DNA from: the human T2T-CHM13v2.0 reference genome, Homo sapiens
Reading direction: 5' to 3' (one strand)
Assembly (NCBI RefSeq): GCF_009914755.1
Contig: NC_060928.1
Length of the DNA stretch: 64,000 nt
Shown: positions 29,549 through 40,871 of the stretch, piece by piece
Position numbering within the stretch: position 1 is the first letter of the stretch
Layout of the letters: each line of letters begins with the position of its first letter
Notes under the pieces: model-generated
Seen by the model: the letters and a program-made list of their open reading frames with translations, nothing else
Told to the model about the DNA's origin: nothing
The model's database searches: none
Translations under genes and position numbers: made by a program

Positions 29549-31144
29549 TTATAAACATAGTACAATTTATATATTTATTATTAATTGTTAGTGTTTTTAA
29601 GTTTATGCATGGTCTGGAACCAATAACTAAAAGTCAAGATGTAAGATTCAAGATCTAAGCAAACAGGCTCCAGGATTTCATGTGTGACTGTATATCGACA
29701 CCAACTTTGGTAGAACTCTCTGTTGACTCTCCATGTGAGAGCGATACTGCCTTTATTTTCTGGTGAAGATATTGAAGTCCTTATCCACTCTAAACTACCA
29801 AAGTATCCTAATCCAGACCTGGATGAACTCCAAAGCCCTCCTTGAAACAGGTTCTATTGAACCAGCAGCCAATATGCTCTGGTTTTTGACAGTTGCCTGG
29901 AGTCTAGAAAACCTGTGAAGCCCTACATGGGAGGGAGGTATGCATCATCAATCATCATGCTCCACTTTGTTTACGATGGACATTTAAGGTGGAGCCAATG
30001 CCTTATAAGTAGTGATAGGACCATGGAAAGCCAAACTTTGTCTAAAATCAACCTTGATGTGACCTTATGCTTTATTTCCCCACAGGCTTCATCCCTGCAG
30101 AATGAAACTACAATATCTGAAAGAAGGAATGCTTGGCCATTAAGGCCATGTTTGAAACTTGGCAGCAATACCTGGAGAAGCCAGGCATCCAGTCATAGCC
30201 TGCACCAATCATCACAAATGGGAGGACCCCTGGATGACCCATAACCTCTACCAGCACAAGAACTGCTGATCTGTTTTCCACCTTATTGATTTCAGGACCC
30301 ATTAGATCCTGTATTCAAAACTGGTGAGCTAATGTATTATCTCCTAAATTAAAAACTCCTATCCAGTTCAAGGAAGCTGACCTCACCAGATTGTGACACA
30401 CAGAAATCCTTGCTGTAATCCACTCATAGAAGAGTAACGACAGGACTGCTGCTTTCAGCCACAGGTCATGGATCTTGCCTGCGCCAGCCCATTAGCCTTA
30501 GAAGGATGCTTCTATGCAGTGGACTTCTTGCCTAGATGTCCTGGTCAAGAGCACTCACACTGAGGTCCAAGTCTATACCACAGTAGCTTTGTCCTCAGCT
30601 TCTATCTGTGCACGATTTTAAACTCTGGGTCTTAGGACTTCTCATAGCCAGAGATCTAGGGAGACATGAAGGACCAAGGAGAATGGCAGAACTTAACCAG
30701 AAAAAGACAGACGGCTCTTCTAATGCTTATTGAATCACTGGTAACTGTGGTTAAACATCTTTGGAGGTTTTATCACAGAATTCTCTCCATATTTCTAGAA
30801 CAACATTATTTCATACTTACCAAAATTGGCTACTTTCCTCCACACCAAGGGACATTACCTTTTTCCCCAATGGCCATCAAATGTCTACATTTTGCATGGA
30901 TTCCTGGCTAATGTAGAGCCTCCAGTTTGAATCCACACTTAGTACATGTGTCATTGTAAACAAAGATCACTTGGATCTTAGGATTACACCCTGGAATTGC
31001 AGTGCCTGTATATACTACCCAGCGCTAAGATAAGTTTGTTTTCCTTATACCCACTTCCACATTCATTTATAATACCTCTTCAATGCAAAATGTATTTTAC
31101 AAGTAAAATAGGGAAGCATCATATGAAATATCCCAGCCCCTCAT

Positions 31145-31280
31145 GAACTCAATCAGTTTTTATTGAGGACCACTATGTGCCAAGCACTGTATTACATTTT
31201 GGGAATACAATGATGAATGAGTCAGAATCCTTTCCCTAAGAAGTTTGCATTCCAGTGGGGAATCCAGATGATTAAACAGC
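31145..31280 (-). mobile_element. L2 3' end inserted in the Gypsy integrase
   Basis: TTTATTGAGGACCACTATGTGCCAAGCACTGT...GGGAATACAATGATGAA. Confidence 0.75.
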
Positions 31281-31589
31281 ATGAAGAGTGCTAGAACAGG
31301 CTAACAATGGCCATAAGTATTCCCTCATCTCTGTTCCTTAAGCACCCAGGGAGCTCCCAGTTGCCCAAGCTGATGCACAGATGATCTATTATGCCAAAGC
31401 AACCTAAAAGATTAAAGCCAACAAGCAGCAGTCCAGGAGGAGCCTCTACAAGTAGTGATCCCATGGGTTCTTTTACTAATATATTATTTCTAAATAATCT
31501 GACTTTCAAACAAGTTAGGTGTTCACTTACTGAGCACCTTCTTCATTATGTCATCAAACTGATAACCCTCAAGTTGTAGCTGCTCACAG

Positions 31590-31795
31590 GTGAAAATCAG
31601 GCTATAAAGTCAAAAGACAGAGCTTCAAGTTTGGGTCTTGGTGCTTACCATGACTGTGGGCAAATCACCTACTTTCTGGTCTTTGGTGTCATTCTTTGCA
31701 AAATAAAAGTAAAAACATTATATACTGTACCTACCTCACAGGGTTGTTGTGAGAATCAAGTGAAAAGTATGTGAAAGAACTTTGTAAACTTTGTT
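31590..31795 (+). mobile_element. MIR inserted between the Gypsy integrase C-terminus and chromodomain
   Basis: GGGCAAATCAC...ACCTACCTCACAGGGTTGTTGTGAGAATCAAGTGA...ATGTGAAAG..CTTTGTAAACT. Confidence 0.8.
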
Positions 31796-34700
31796 ATTTT
31801 TAATCACCCCATTTCCATGGGTTCTTCATCTTCTCTACGTAATACAATACTATAATTCACCTGAAGGATGTACTCTTACCCACTCTGTTCCTACCTCTCA
31901 CCCTTACACAAGTGAATTGTACAAAGAAGATGAAGTACATGCCTTCCTGGATATCTAGTTTCAGATGGAAATTCTGATACCTCACAGAATGACAAAGAAG
32001 TAGTCCGGAGGACCAAAACCGGGGCTCTACTGCCATAGAGACATTCCACCATTAACATACCACTGGACCTGGATATCAGCCAGCCCTCTTGATGGACAGT
32101 TGTCCACAGAGAACCCATTCTTGGCCCCAGAGAACTACTGCAGTGGTTCAGGGAATCATCTGGGTTCTTTCTGGCTGCCAGGGGAGTCACCAGCCATTCC
32201 AGGAAAGCGCATGCTTCCGAAAATAAAGCAAGAAGATTGGTTAAAGGAGACACTGACCCCATTAAACAAAATACAAGCCTTCCCTGACTGCCTGACCTGT
32301 GATAATTGGGCTGCCAAGGGAGATACCTAGACACTTATTTAAAGCAAGGATTTGGTGACACATTTCTTCATTTAGCAGTTTATCCCTGATGCCAACCTGA
32401 CTCTTACTTCTCTGATTTTTGATTTGTCGACTCCCTGTCTGTCTAACAGACCTATGATAAGATGTGTTTCTGGCTTTAAAATCCCATATGCTCCCCTTAC
32501 ATACACACAAACACACAAACATCCACACAATGAGGAATGCCAGCATTTTTCCTATCTATCTTACCCACTTGACCAAGCTTAGCCTGGCCTTCCATTTCTG
32601 ATTATTTCATATGGATTCTGATTGGCTGATCCAATTTGAGTTCAGTCTCACTGGACCAGTCGTAATGTATTCCAGGCTGAAACTCTGACTCCCTTTCAGT
32701 CCTGTGTAGAAGCTTAGAGTGCCCATGAAGCCACGATACCGATACCCAGCAATCCTTTAAACAAAGGGAGGTCTTTCAACTTAGAATACACATGCTTATC
32801 CAAAACTAAGGCCGTATTAGCATGTATCTCCAGGAATAACATAAAGTTTCTATAAAAGTTCTCCTGAGCGAATAGAATGGTGACTATGTACAAAAGATCT
32901 GATAGAATTGGCATCCAAGAAACTTTGTAATAAGGTCTTAAGCCTAAAATAGAAAATTTCAACTACAATTCATTCTTCAGCTTCCTAGAGCAAGGAAGGC
33001 AGATCACAGGGAAAAATCGATTCATTGTTTATATCAGTTTCCAAAATATTTTCAAATGGAATGGAAAATAATTCACAATTTCCTTCTTGCTATAAGTCAG
33101 AATGGCTGACTTCACACACCAATTCAGTGAACTAAGAAATTCCAAGACTTTTTCCTATGGCTATAATATTAAAAGTTAATTTTAATACCTAAAAAACATT
33201 AGCAATTAAAAACAGTGTCTTATATTGTAGTTTACAACCACCACTTGCTGTGGGAAGGGAGCCAGAGAGACTCAGAGTACCCGCCACCCAAGGTCAAAGG
33301 CACTGAGCCAAAGGATCCAGCAAAGAGCAGGCCCAAGCCAGGAAGAAAAGCTGTTGCTGAAATGTCAGACCAAGCATATGAAACAAGATGATCTCCAGGT
33401 CATGGTAGCTGAGAAAGGAGAATAGACAGATCCAAGCTGGGAACCAAATTAAGATGTTGGAACAGGTACCAGAGTGAATAAGACTGGGCAGGGGATGGAG
33501 TCACCTACGGCCACACGTTTGTCGTACAGTAGCCTTTCTTGTAAGTTGCGATACTACATCCTAGTTTCTTTTTCAGAAATAAAATCCTTGGTATTACTGA
33601 TGTAGCTTACATAGCCAGCCCCAAGCAGAAAACTCTTCCTTTCCCACAGACATACTTTTTACTATCTTGGTTGATATAATTTTCTTTTTCAGAGATTTTT
33701 AATTTTTTTCATGAATCTTTGATAGATTATTTTATCAATAAAAATTTTGTCAATAAATAATTTTCCTGATTGAACTCCAAGTCCTTCTTTGGTGATTAAA
33801 GTTGGTAATAAAAACAAATTACTTTAATTAATAGTTTGTCTGTACTTGCTTTTCCAAGGCGGTATGGAAGGGAGACAATGTTCTAACACAGATAACATAT
33901 GAGTGAGCTCGAAACAATTATAGTAAAACACCAGCCAGGGGTAGCCAAGGTGACGTTTGATAATGACACACAGTGAACATTTCAAGTTAGCTTCAATCTA
34001 CAAATTGTACCTCTCTTTCAAAAGTCAGAGGCAATCAACTCTGCCACTGCCGCATCAGAATGCAGAGACTGCCCAGTGAGAGACAGACACTCAGGATGGA
34101 AAGGAATAATGCAGGCAGCATTTTGCAGAAAGAGGTATCTGAATGCAGAGACCAGCCACTCCCCATAGCTGGGGAGAGTGCCAGGCTTTTCAGAGAACTC
34201 ACGTTAGAAGTTTCAGCAGTAGATGGAACTGGGCCAATAGACACAATGGTGGGGAGAGTGGGGAAGTTTCTGTAATTAAAGTCTGAATTCTGCACACTTT
34301 CAAACAGACTAAGAGCTCTCTACTATTGACAACAAGGACTTTTTTTTAAGTGATTGTTCTAACTGAACCTGGTAAGACATGAATCACTGTGGAAAATAAA
34401 GGAAGTCAGTGGAGTACAGACTTTGGGTTAAGAATGAAGAAAATAATCTGAATGGCACCAGAAGAGACAGTTCCATAAGCTCTATAGCAGGAGAGACTGG
34501 AAGTTACTAACAGAGGAATATTGCTGTGTGTCTTTTCCAGTATGCCATATATATAGTTAGGCTTAAACTGACTGCTTGGTAAAGTACAATTGGTTTTTAA
34601 TCTTTCACGTGGATTCGGTTCTTGTCTATTGAATTCTTGCATTGTCTTTATAAAACCCAGAATTTATAGAGAACTCTTCAATGTTAACAGAGTATCTGTT

Positions 34701-35029
34701 GATATCTGAATCAGATAGATGCTAACTGATAATTACAATCAATATTCCAGAATGGTCAAGCAATTCTTCACTTAATAAAATTTATTTTGAACTGAATATA
34801 TATAATTTATACCAGCAAGATATAATATCATTTGTTACGGCAGCACCTACTCTAAATATAATCCCAAATACCCCATCTTTCACTCCCCACAAACAAAACT
34901 AAATATCTGTAAGCTGAAAATCAACACAGAGAATTTTTTTTAATAGGTCAAACTTTGGTAGTAAGTAAACTATTATTTGAAGCAACTACTAAAAAAAGGC
35001 TAAACTTCTTGAAAGCATTCTTTCTTTCA

Positions 35030-35520
35030 ACTTGTATTGAATGCCAACCATGTCCGAGACACTGAATTAAGCAATGGATATAACATAGTGAGCAAAATCA
35101 TGGAGTTCACATTCTGGGCTCAGAGAAAGATATTCAATAATCATACCAATGAATGTGTAGTTACCAACTGAGAAAAATTCCTGAGGAAAGGAATAAGCTA
35201 CCAGGAGTGTGTATGACAAAGAAACCTAACCAAGTTTAGAAGACTTGCTGGAAGAAGTAAAGCTTGAACTAAAGACCAGTGAGCAGAAGTTGGAAAAATA
35301 GAAGTGGGGAGTATAAAACATTTCAGACAGAGGGACCCAGTTCTCATCTGAGAATTGAAATGCTAATAAGACCTGAAAGCAGGTTCAAGTGATTACAGCC
35401 CTGAAAGCAAAAGTTAGAATGGTAAGAGGTGAAATATATAGGTGGGTAGCAACGAAGCTATGCTGTCTTAGAGACCACACTAAGAAACCTCATCTTCAGC
35501 CTAACAGAATTAGAAGCGTC
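35030..35520 (-). mobile_element. L2 fragment
   Basis: TATTGAATGCCAACCATGT...CATGGAGTTCACATTCT... Confidence 0.55.
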
Positions 35521-35949
35521 TCAGCTTTTACTAAGAGTTAAGTCTTAAATTTGTTTGCCTGGTTGTGTTCTGTTGTACACATATAGAGTGCTTAATATAC
35601 ATGCATTTAATACATTCTGGATTTGTTTTCCACAATAAATTCCAGAGAACTGATACAATATTCTCCTAAGTTGATTATCAGAATTATGACTTAGAAACTT
35701 CCACCCAAAGAGTCATTCTGTGATGTACATTCAAGTGATGCCAAGAATATAGCTACTGTAGGTGTATCATGGCCATAGTGTATGGATTCTGTCTTCAAAA
35801 CAAGGATTCCGTCTTCAAAACAGATTTTTTAAATTGTCTCAATTGCAACAATACATATGAAAATACTTTGGAAGTTTTAATGAGAGTACATGAAGGAATC
35901 ATTACTGTTTACTACTCTACAAAGGACCAGGGCTCAACTTAGATTGGAG

Positions 35950-36860
35950 ATACATAACAAAGGAAACAGAAATACAGAGATGTCCCAATTTGTATGCACA
36001 GCAATAGCAACATTAGGTTGCAGTCTGTCCTCCATCAACCCTTCCCTCACCCCTGCCTTCAGAGATACCTGGTGCCTCCAACATCTGAGCATCTTCAGGG
36101 AGCTAGGGCAGGAATTGATCTTTTTCTCTCTGGCTTTCCCTACAGACTAAGGTGTAGGCTTTCTCAGCTCTGCTAAGTCAGTTATCACTTGTCCATCTGG
36201 TTCCAGTCTGTAAACATTTGTTGACATCTTTGATTTGTTACTGTTTCTTCAGCCATTCCCTTGTATTCTGCATTTATGCCTTTTGTGTCCTTTTTAATGG
36301 TGTTTGAGAAGGACATCTACGTGTTCAATCTAAAACAATTACCCGAAACTTTCTTTTTGTTTTAATTTGCATTTCCTGATTGAATACTTTTTTCATCTTT
36401 ATGAACCATGTTTACTGTCCCTTCACGAATTACCTGCTCTTATCTTTTGGCTGTTTTTCTATCAGGAACTATTCATTTTCTTATCAAACTTAATAGTTCC
36501 ATTTATATGATGCATATTAACTCGCTGTGTGTCAGATTAATTGCAAATATTTTTCCAGTTTGTCATTTACTTTTAATTTTTGTGATGTTTATGCATGAAA
36601 AAATATTATTTTGTTATAATTTACTATAGTTTGTGATTTTTTATTATTAAAAGTATTAATAATAAATATTGTTATTTAATTTATTAAATTAATTACTGAA
36701 TTAATCTTTCAGCAAGTTTAGGCATAGAATTCCCTTAATCAGCCTGATATCAGTTCAAAGATTACCTACCTTATACTCTAAATATATTTATAATTTCGTG
36801 TTTTTAGATTTACTTTTTAATTCATCTGGAATTTAATTTTTCATGTAGTATGTAAGGGGA
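35950..36860 (-). mobile_element. Old L1 (L1M/L1ME) fragments
   Basis: GCTTTCTCAGCTCTGCTAAGTCAGTTA...; TTTTAATTTGCATTTCC...TTGCAAATATTTTTCCAG. Confidence 0.6.
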
Positions 36861-36864
36861 ACTA

Positions 36865-36910
36865 TTAGGTTGGTGCAAAAGTAACTGCAGTTTTTGCCAT
36901 TAAAAGTAAT
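36865..36910. mobile_element. Half MADE1 (Hsmar1 MITE), one TIR only
   Basis: TA-TTAGGTTGGTGCAAAAGTAACTGCAGTTTTTGCCATTAAAAGTAAT; second TIR absent. Confidence 0.85.
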
Positions 36911-38035
36911 ATAAATAACTAATTGTTTGCCATTAAAAGTAATATAAAAACTAATTATTAGCATGTATACCGTCAAATATTTAAATATAGAATACAATTA
37001 TGTACAATTTAACATACCATTTAAAAGCAACTATTCATTCTACCACAACCTAAATCCCTATATAAGTATCTACTTTTAGGAGAACCCGAAATAAAATAAT
37101 TTGTACTGGAGATAGCTCAGGAAATCCATCCATCCTTAGCCTTGGAAATAGCCCTGGAAATCTATCCATAGCAACGAAGACTGCATTGTTACTGCTAAGT
37201 GGGCTGTGACAACCCCTGGTAGGGTCAGTATTACTAAGAGTCTCATTGGTGATGAATTGAGACAGAATGCAGGAGGAAGGGGACGTAAAGGGTTTATGCA
37301 ATATCTCTACTATTTCAGACATATGACAATAATAGTTGTCATGAAAGACTGCAGAAATGATAGGTTGCTTTTGAGTATCATGGATACACCACTGAGGGAA
37401 AATGGTGGACTCAAGTCAGCCAATCACCAACTCAGGACATGATGTTAAATTCAGAAAATCTCTATGACACCTGTAGCTACCACAATCAGAGGGCAGCACA
37501 GACGGAAAACAAAGCCTGATTGTGAGAGTAGCAAAATTGCAAAGATTTACTACACAGCCTTGGCAAATGTATTGTGCTAAACTCAAGACCCAGATAGAGA
37601 AGAAATGGGAACGTGACGACCAAAATGGAAACATCTGAGTGGATGCACCTGAATCTCTATATTCTGCTGAACCATCTAGGACTCTTAAAGTGACTCACTC
37701 TTTGGTATTCAAGATTAGCAAATTTCCTTTGCCTAGAGACCATGCAGAGAATTCGTGTGAGTAAGATGCCTCACAAGATAATAGTTGTTTTCATCAAGAT
37801 TCACCTCACCTTTCTGATAGTTTACAGGCATAATGCTAGCTCCAATCTTAGCATGGCCCACCTGCAGAAGTGCCATTCTATTTTGGAAGCAAAGCCATTA
37901 TTCACCAAAAATTCTGCAACATTTAGCTGTTATATTCTGAGACGAACCTAGAGTATAGATGCCTTAGAATGGATCTTTAGGTGGGTGACTGAGGAAAAGG
38001 GTATCAGTTAAGACTGGAAAAGGCAGTTTACTAGT

Positions 38036-38464
38036 TGCTGTGGTTTGGATATTTGACCCTTTCTAATTTCACATTGAAATTTGACCCTCAGTATTGGAGG
38101 CGGAGCCTAATGGTAGGCGTTTGTATCCTGGGAGCAGATCCCCCCATGAATTGTTTGTTACCAAACTCGTAGTAAAGAGTGAGTTCTTGCTCTGTTAGTT
38201 CTGGAGATTTCCCTTAGAGCTAGCTGTTAAAAGGAACTTGGCACCTCCCCACCCCCACTTCCTTTCCCATCATGTGACCTCTGAATGCTCACTCCTCTTC
38301 CCTTTCTAGCAAAAGAGGAAGAAGCCTAAAGCTCTCACCAGAAGCTGATGTTGGCACCATGCTTCTTGTACAGCCTGCAGAACTGTGAGCCAAATAAGCC
38401 TCTTTTCTTTATAAATTACCCAGCCTCAGACATTCCTTTGTAGCAATACAAACAGACTAAGACA
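38036..38464 (+). mobile_element. MSTB-type MaLR solo LTR
   Basis: TG...CA ends, CCATGCTTCTTGTACAGCCTGCAGAACTGTGAGCCAAATAA, TSD CTAGT / ATAGT. Confidence 0.88.
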
Positions 38465-39019
38465 ATAGTGTAGAGGAACGCACCCATAACTCAGGATCTC
38501 ATGTTCAAGAAGTCCTAATATTATACTCGAATGGATTTCCTAAATTTGGGAAAAGTATTAACCTATAGTAAATGAGGTAGAAATGCCAGAACAGCCTTAT
38601 CAAATTTTTGAGAAAAGGGGGGGAAAGACTTAGGCAGGAGTTTTGCTTGAATGGATTTAATGCTTAAGACCAGAGACCCCATCAGCTGGCTGACCATTTC
38701 CCAGGAGATCCCAGAGGACATTCCCTTCACTAATTTGAAAGACAGAGTGACAGTATGAGGACACAGGCCTTGTTGAGAGACTCGGTGAATCTGTCCTTGT
38801 TAGGCTGAGGTGTATCATCACGAAAGCTGCCATGAAATAAGCCAATCAATGTCATTGAGATGATAGGATTCTGGGATAGTAGAAGCCAGGTGGTGTCACT
38901 TTACTGTCAGCAGAAAAGTGAATGTAATTATTGTATTTGGAAGCAAAGCCAGAATGGAAATCAGAGACCCTAACTCCCAAGGATCTGTGGCAATAGTTTC
39001 CAGGGGCACAATAGATAGG

Positions 39020-39938
39020 TATATGGTATTCTGAATAACGGAACCCCTCCAAAGATGTCCACATTTTAATCCTCTAGAACCTGTGAATATGTTACTTTAC
39101 ATGGCAAAGGGGACTTGTAGATGTGATTAAATTAAGAATCTTGAGATGAGGAGTTTATCCTGGATTAGCTGGGTGTGCTCAGATAATCACAAAGATCTTT
39201 GTAAGGGAGAGAATGAGGCAGGAGTCAGAGAAGGAGCTATGGCAACAGAAACAGAGCTGAGGGAGAGAGAGAGAGAGATCTGAAGATGCTAACCTGCTGG
39301 CGTTGAAGCTAGAGGAAGAGGATGAGTCAAGAAATGCAAGCAACCTGCGGAAGCTGGCAAAGGCAAGGAAATGGATTCTCCCTGGAGGCTGCCCTGCTGA
39401 CCCCTTGATTTTCGTCTAGGGAAACTGTTTTCAAACCTCTAACTTCCCAGAACACTAAGGTAATAAACGTTGTGTGTTTTTGAGCAACTACGTTTGTAAT
39501 AGTTTGTGGTGATGGTTTATTTTATTTGTCATCTTGGCTAGGCTATAACACTCAGTTATTCAATCAAACATTAATCCAGGTGTTACTGTGGAAGTATTTT
39601 ATAGGTGTGGTTAATATCTACAATCGATCAGTTGACTTTAAGTAAGAAAGGTTACCCACAGTAATATAGGTGGACCACGTCAAATGAGTTGAAGGCCTGA
39701 AGAGCAAAAATTGAGGTTTCCCAGAGAAGACATTGTGCCTCAAACCTGTGGCATTAACTTCTGCCTGAGTTTCCAGCCTGGTGGCCCACCCTATGGATTT
39801 CGGATTCACTAGCCTCCAAAATCACATGAGCCAATTCCTTAAAATAAATAAATATATTAAAAATCTCCTATTAGTTCTCTTTTCCTGGATAACTCTGACC
39901 AAAACATTTGTTTCAGTACCAGTAGGAAGCAAATGCAG
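39020..39938 (+). mobile_element. MLT1D-type LTR, split by an MLT2 insertion
   Basis: CCAAAGATGTCCAC...AACCTGTGAATATGTTAC..ACATGGCAAA...GGCAAGGAAATGGATTCTCCC; 3' end resumes at ~39907. Confidence 0.8.
39507..39906 (+). mobile_element. MLT2D-type ERVL solo LTR nested in MLT1D
   Basis: TGATGGTT..TTTTA..TGTCA.CTTGGCTAGGC...GTTGACTTTAAGTAA...ATGAGCCAATTCCTTAAAATAAAT...CTGAC..AAACA. Confidence 0.8.
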
Positions 39939-40734
39939 GTAGCTAACCAAGGTATTGAATGATCCATATAAACAGAAAGGACCAAAAGCAGGTAGGACAA
40001 ATAGCCATCACAAAAACTATGAACTAATCTTTTTTTCTACTTTCTGCACCTGAGCGAGTTTGAACCAATTAATGCAAGGGATGCCAGGTTACCTTGAGGA
40101 CTCCTCCAATCCTTTTGCAAATGGACCTACAAATAGTTGCCAGAATATACTTGGGAAATTTAAAAACCCCGCAAATATTAATTTTTTAAAATACAGGGTA
40201 TGAGCTGACACTGATAGCAGAAGAAGCAAAATGCCATCATGGATCTTTTGCTACAATGAGAGCATGTGAAGATCAGGTGATAAATAGGCTCCTGCCCAAG
40301 TTCATCTGACAAGGGTCCAATGGGCATAAAGGTAATGGTCACTTTTCCAGTCCTTAAGTGTATCACTTAGATGGATAAGCTTAGCAGTTGTCAGAAACCT
40401 CACATTTCCTCCCTAACCCTTGAATTAAAAACTATAGTGGCAGAAAAAGCCAAGTGACAGTGTCTGAAAGTGTACCTCCTCCAAGATACTAAATCAGAAA
40501 AATATCACATACTAGATGAAACTACAGAGTATCATTCTCAAAGTATGTGTGCCAGTAAAAGAGACAGGAATAGTGTGATCTCTATTATGTGCCTATTTAA
40601 TTTGCTAGTCTGATACCTGCAAAAAATCAGTTGGATCATGGCAGATGACAATAGACTACGGGGAACTGAACTAAGTGGCCTCACCCTTATACCTCTCACT
40701 AGCCTAATTATAAATAAACTACTTAAATGAAAGT

Positions 40735-40801
40735 GCCCCTGTAGTATAATCCAATACTCTGGTCTTGTAAACCAGAAATGGAGAATCGTCTCCCCAGGGC
40801 A
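40735..40801 (+). pseudogene. mt-tRNA-Thr pseudogene within the NUMT
   Basis: GCCCCTGTAGTATAA...CTGGT-CTTGTAA-ACCAG: perfect anticodon stem, anticodon TGT at 40766-40768; acceptor stem degenerate. Confidence 0.85.
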
Positions 40802-40803
40802 AC

Positions 40804-40871
40804 TCAGGGAAAAAAGCATCCCGCTTCACTGTCAATACCAAAAGCTGAAATTCTAGTTAAACTATTCCCTG
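40804..40871 (-). pseudogene. mt-tRNA-Pro pseudogene within the NUMT
   Basis: TCAGGGAAAAAAGC...AAAGCTGAAATTCTAGTTAAACTATTCCCTG matches light-strand tRNA-Pro; 7-bp acceptor stem CAGGGAA/TTCCCTG intact. Confidence 0.85.

Larger units (their letters stand above)
29630..32060 (+). mobile_element. Decayed Ty3/Gypsy (chromovirus, sushi-like) LTR retrotransposon pol: RT end, RNase H, integrase, chromodomain
   Basis: Manual translation across stops and frameshifts gives DELQSPP*NRFY (RT thumb, 29822); FKVE/ANA (~29983); FIPAE*NYNI*KKECLAIKAMFETWQQYLE (30088-30177) then EARHPVIACTNHH (RNase H); HEGPRRMAEL (30665); WLNIFGGFITEF (30748); LTKIGYFPP; LHGF; GLHP (integrase); AKAT*KIKANKQQ (31393); EDEVHAFLDI / KF*YLTE*QRSSPEDQN...IETFHH (chromodomain, 31926-32052). 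Motifs are collinear in Gypsy order. Confidence 0.8.
40679..40871 (+). pseudogene. NUMT: mitochondrial CYTB 3' end + tRNA-Thr + tRNA-Pro (possibly extending to ~40912 into the control region)
   Basis: Mitochondrial-code translation LTLMPLTSLIMNKLLKW (CYTB C-terminus), then tRNA-Thr and minus-strand tRNA-Pro in mtDNA gene order. Confidence 0.9.

Noticed and set aside
30086-32330. A three-exon fossil cellular gene (30086-30323, 31350-31466, 31965-32330) with compatible phases and faint FOXM1-like words
   Set aside because: It needed four stops, a frameshift and a weak donor chosen after the fact. Other frames of the same DNA give much clearer, collinear Gypsy RNase H, integrase and chromodomain motifs.
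35784-35823. 20-bp tandem duplication GGATTC(T/C)GTCTTCAAAACA (similar small duplications at ~41100 and 57374-57415)
   Set aside because: Ordinary slippage duplications with no evident consequence
40735-40871. Functional nuclear tRNA genes
   Set aside because: Mitochondrial-type tRNAs in mtDNA order, with degenerate stems and no Pol III B box
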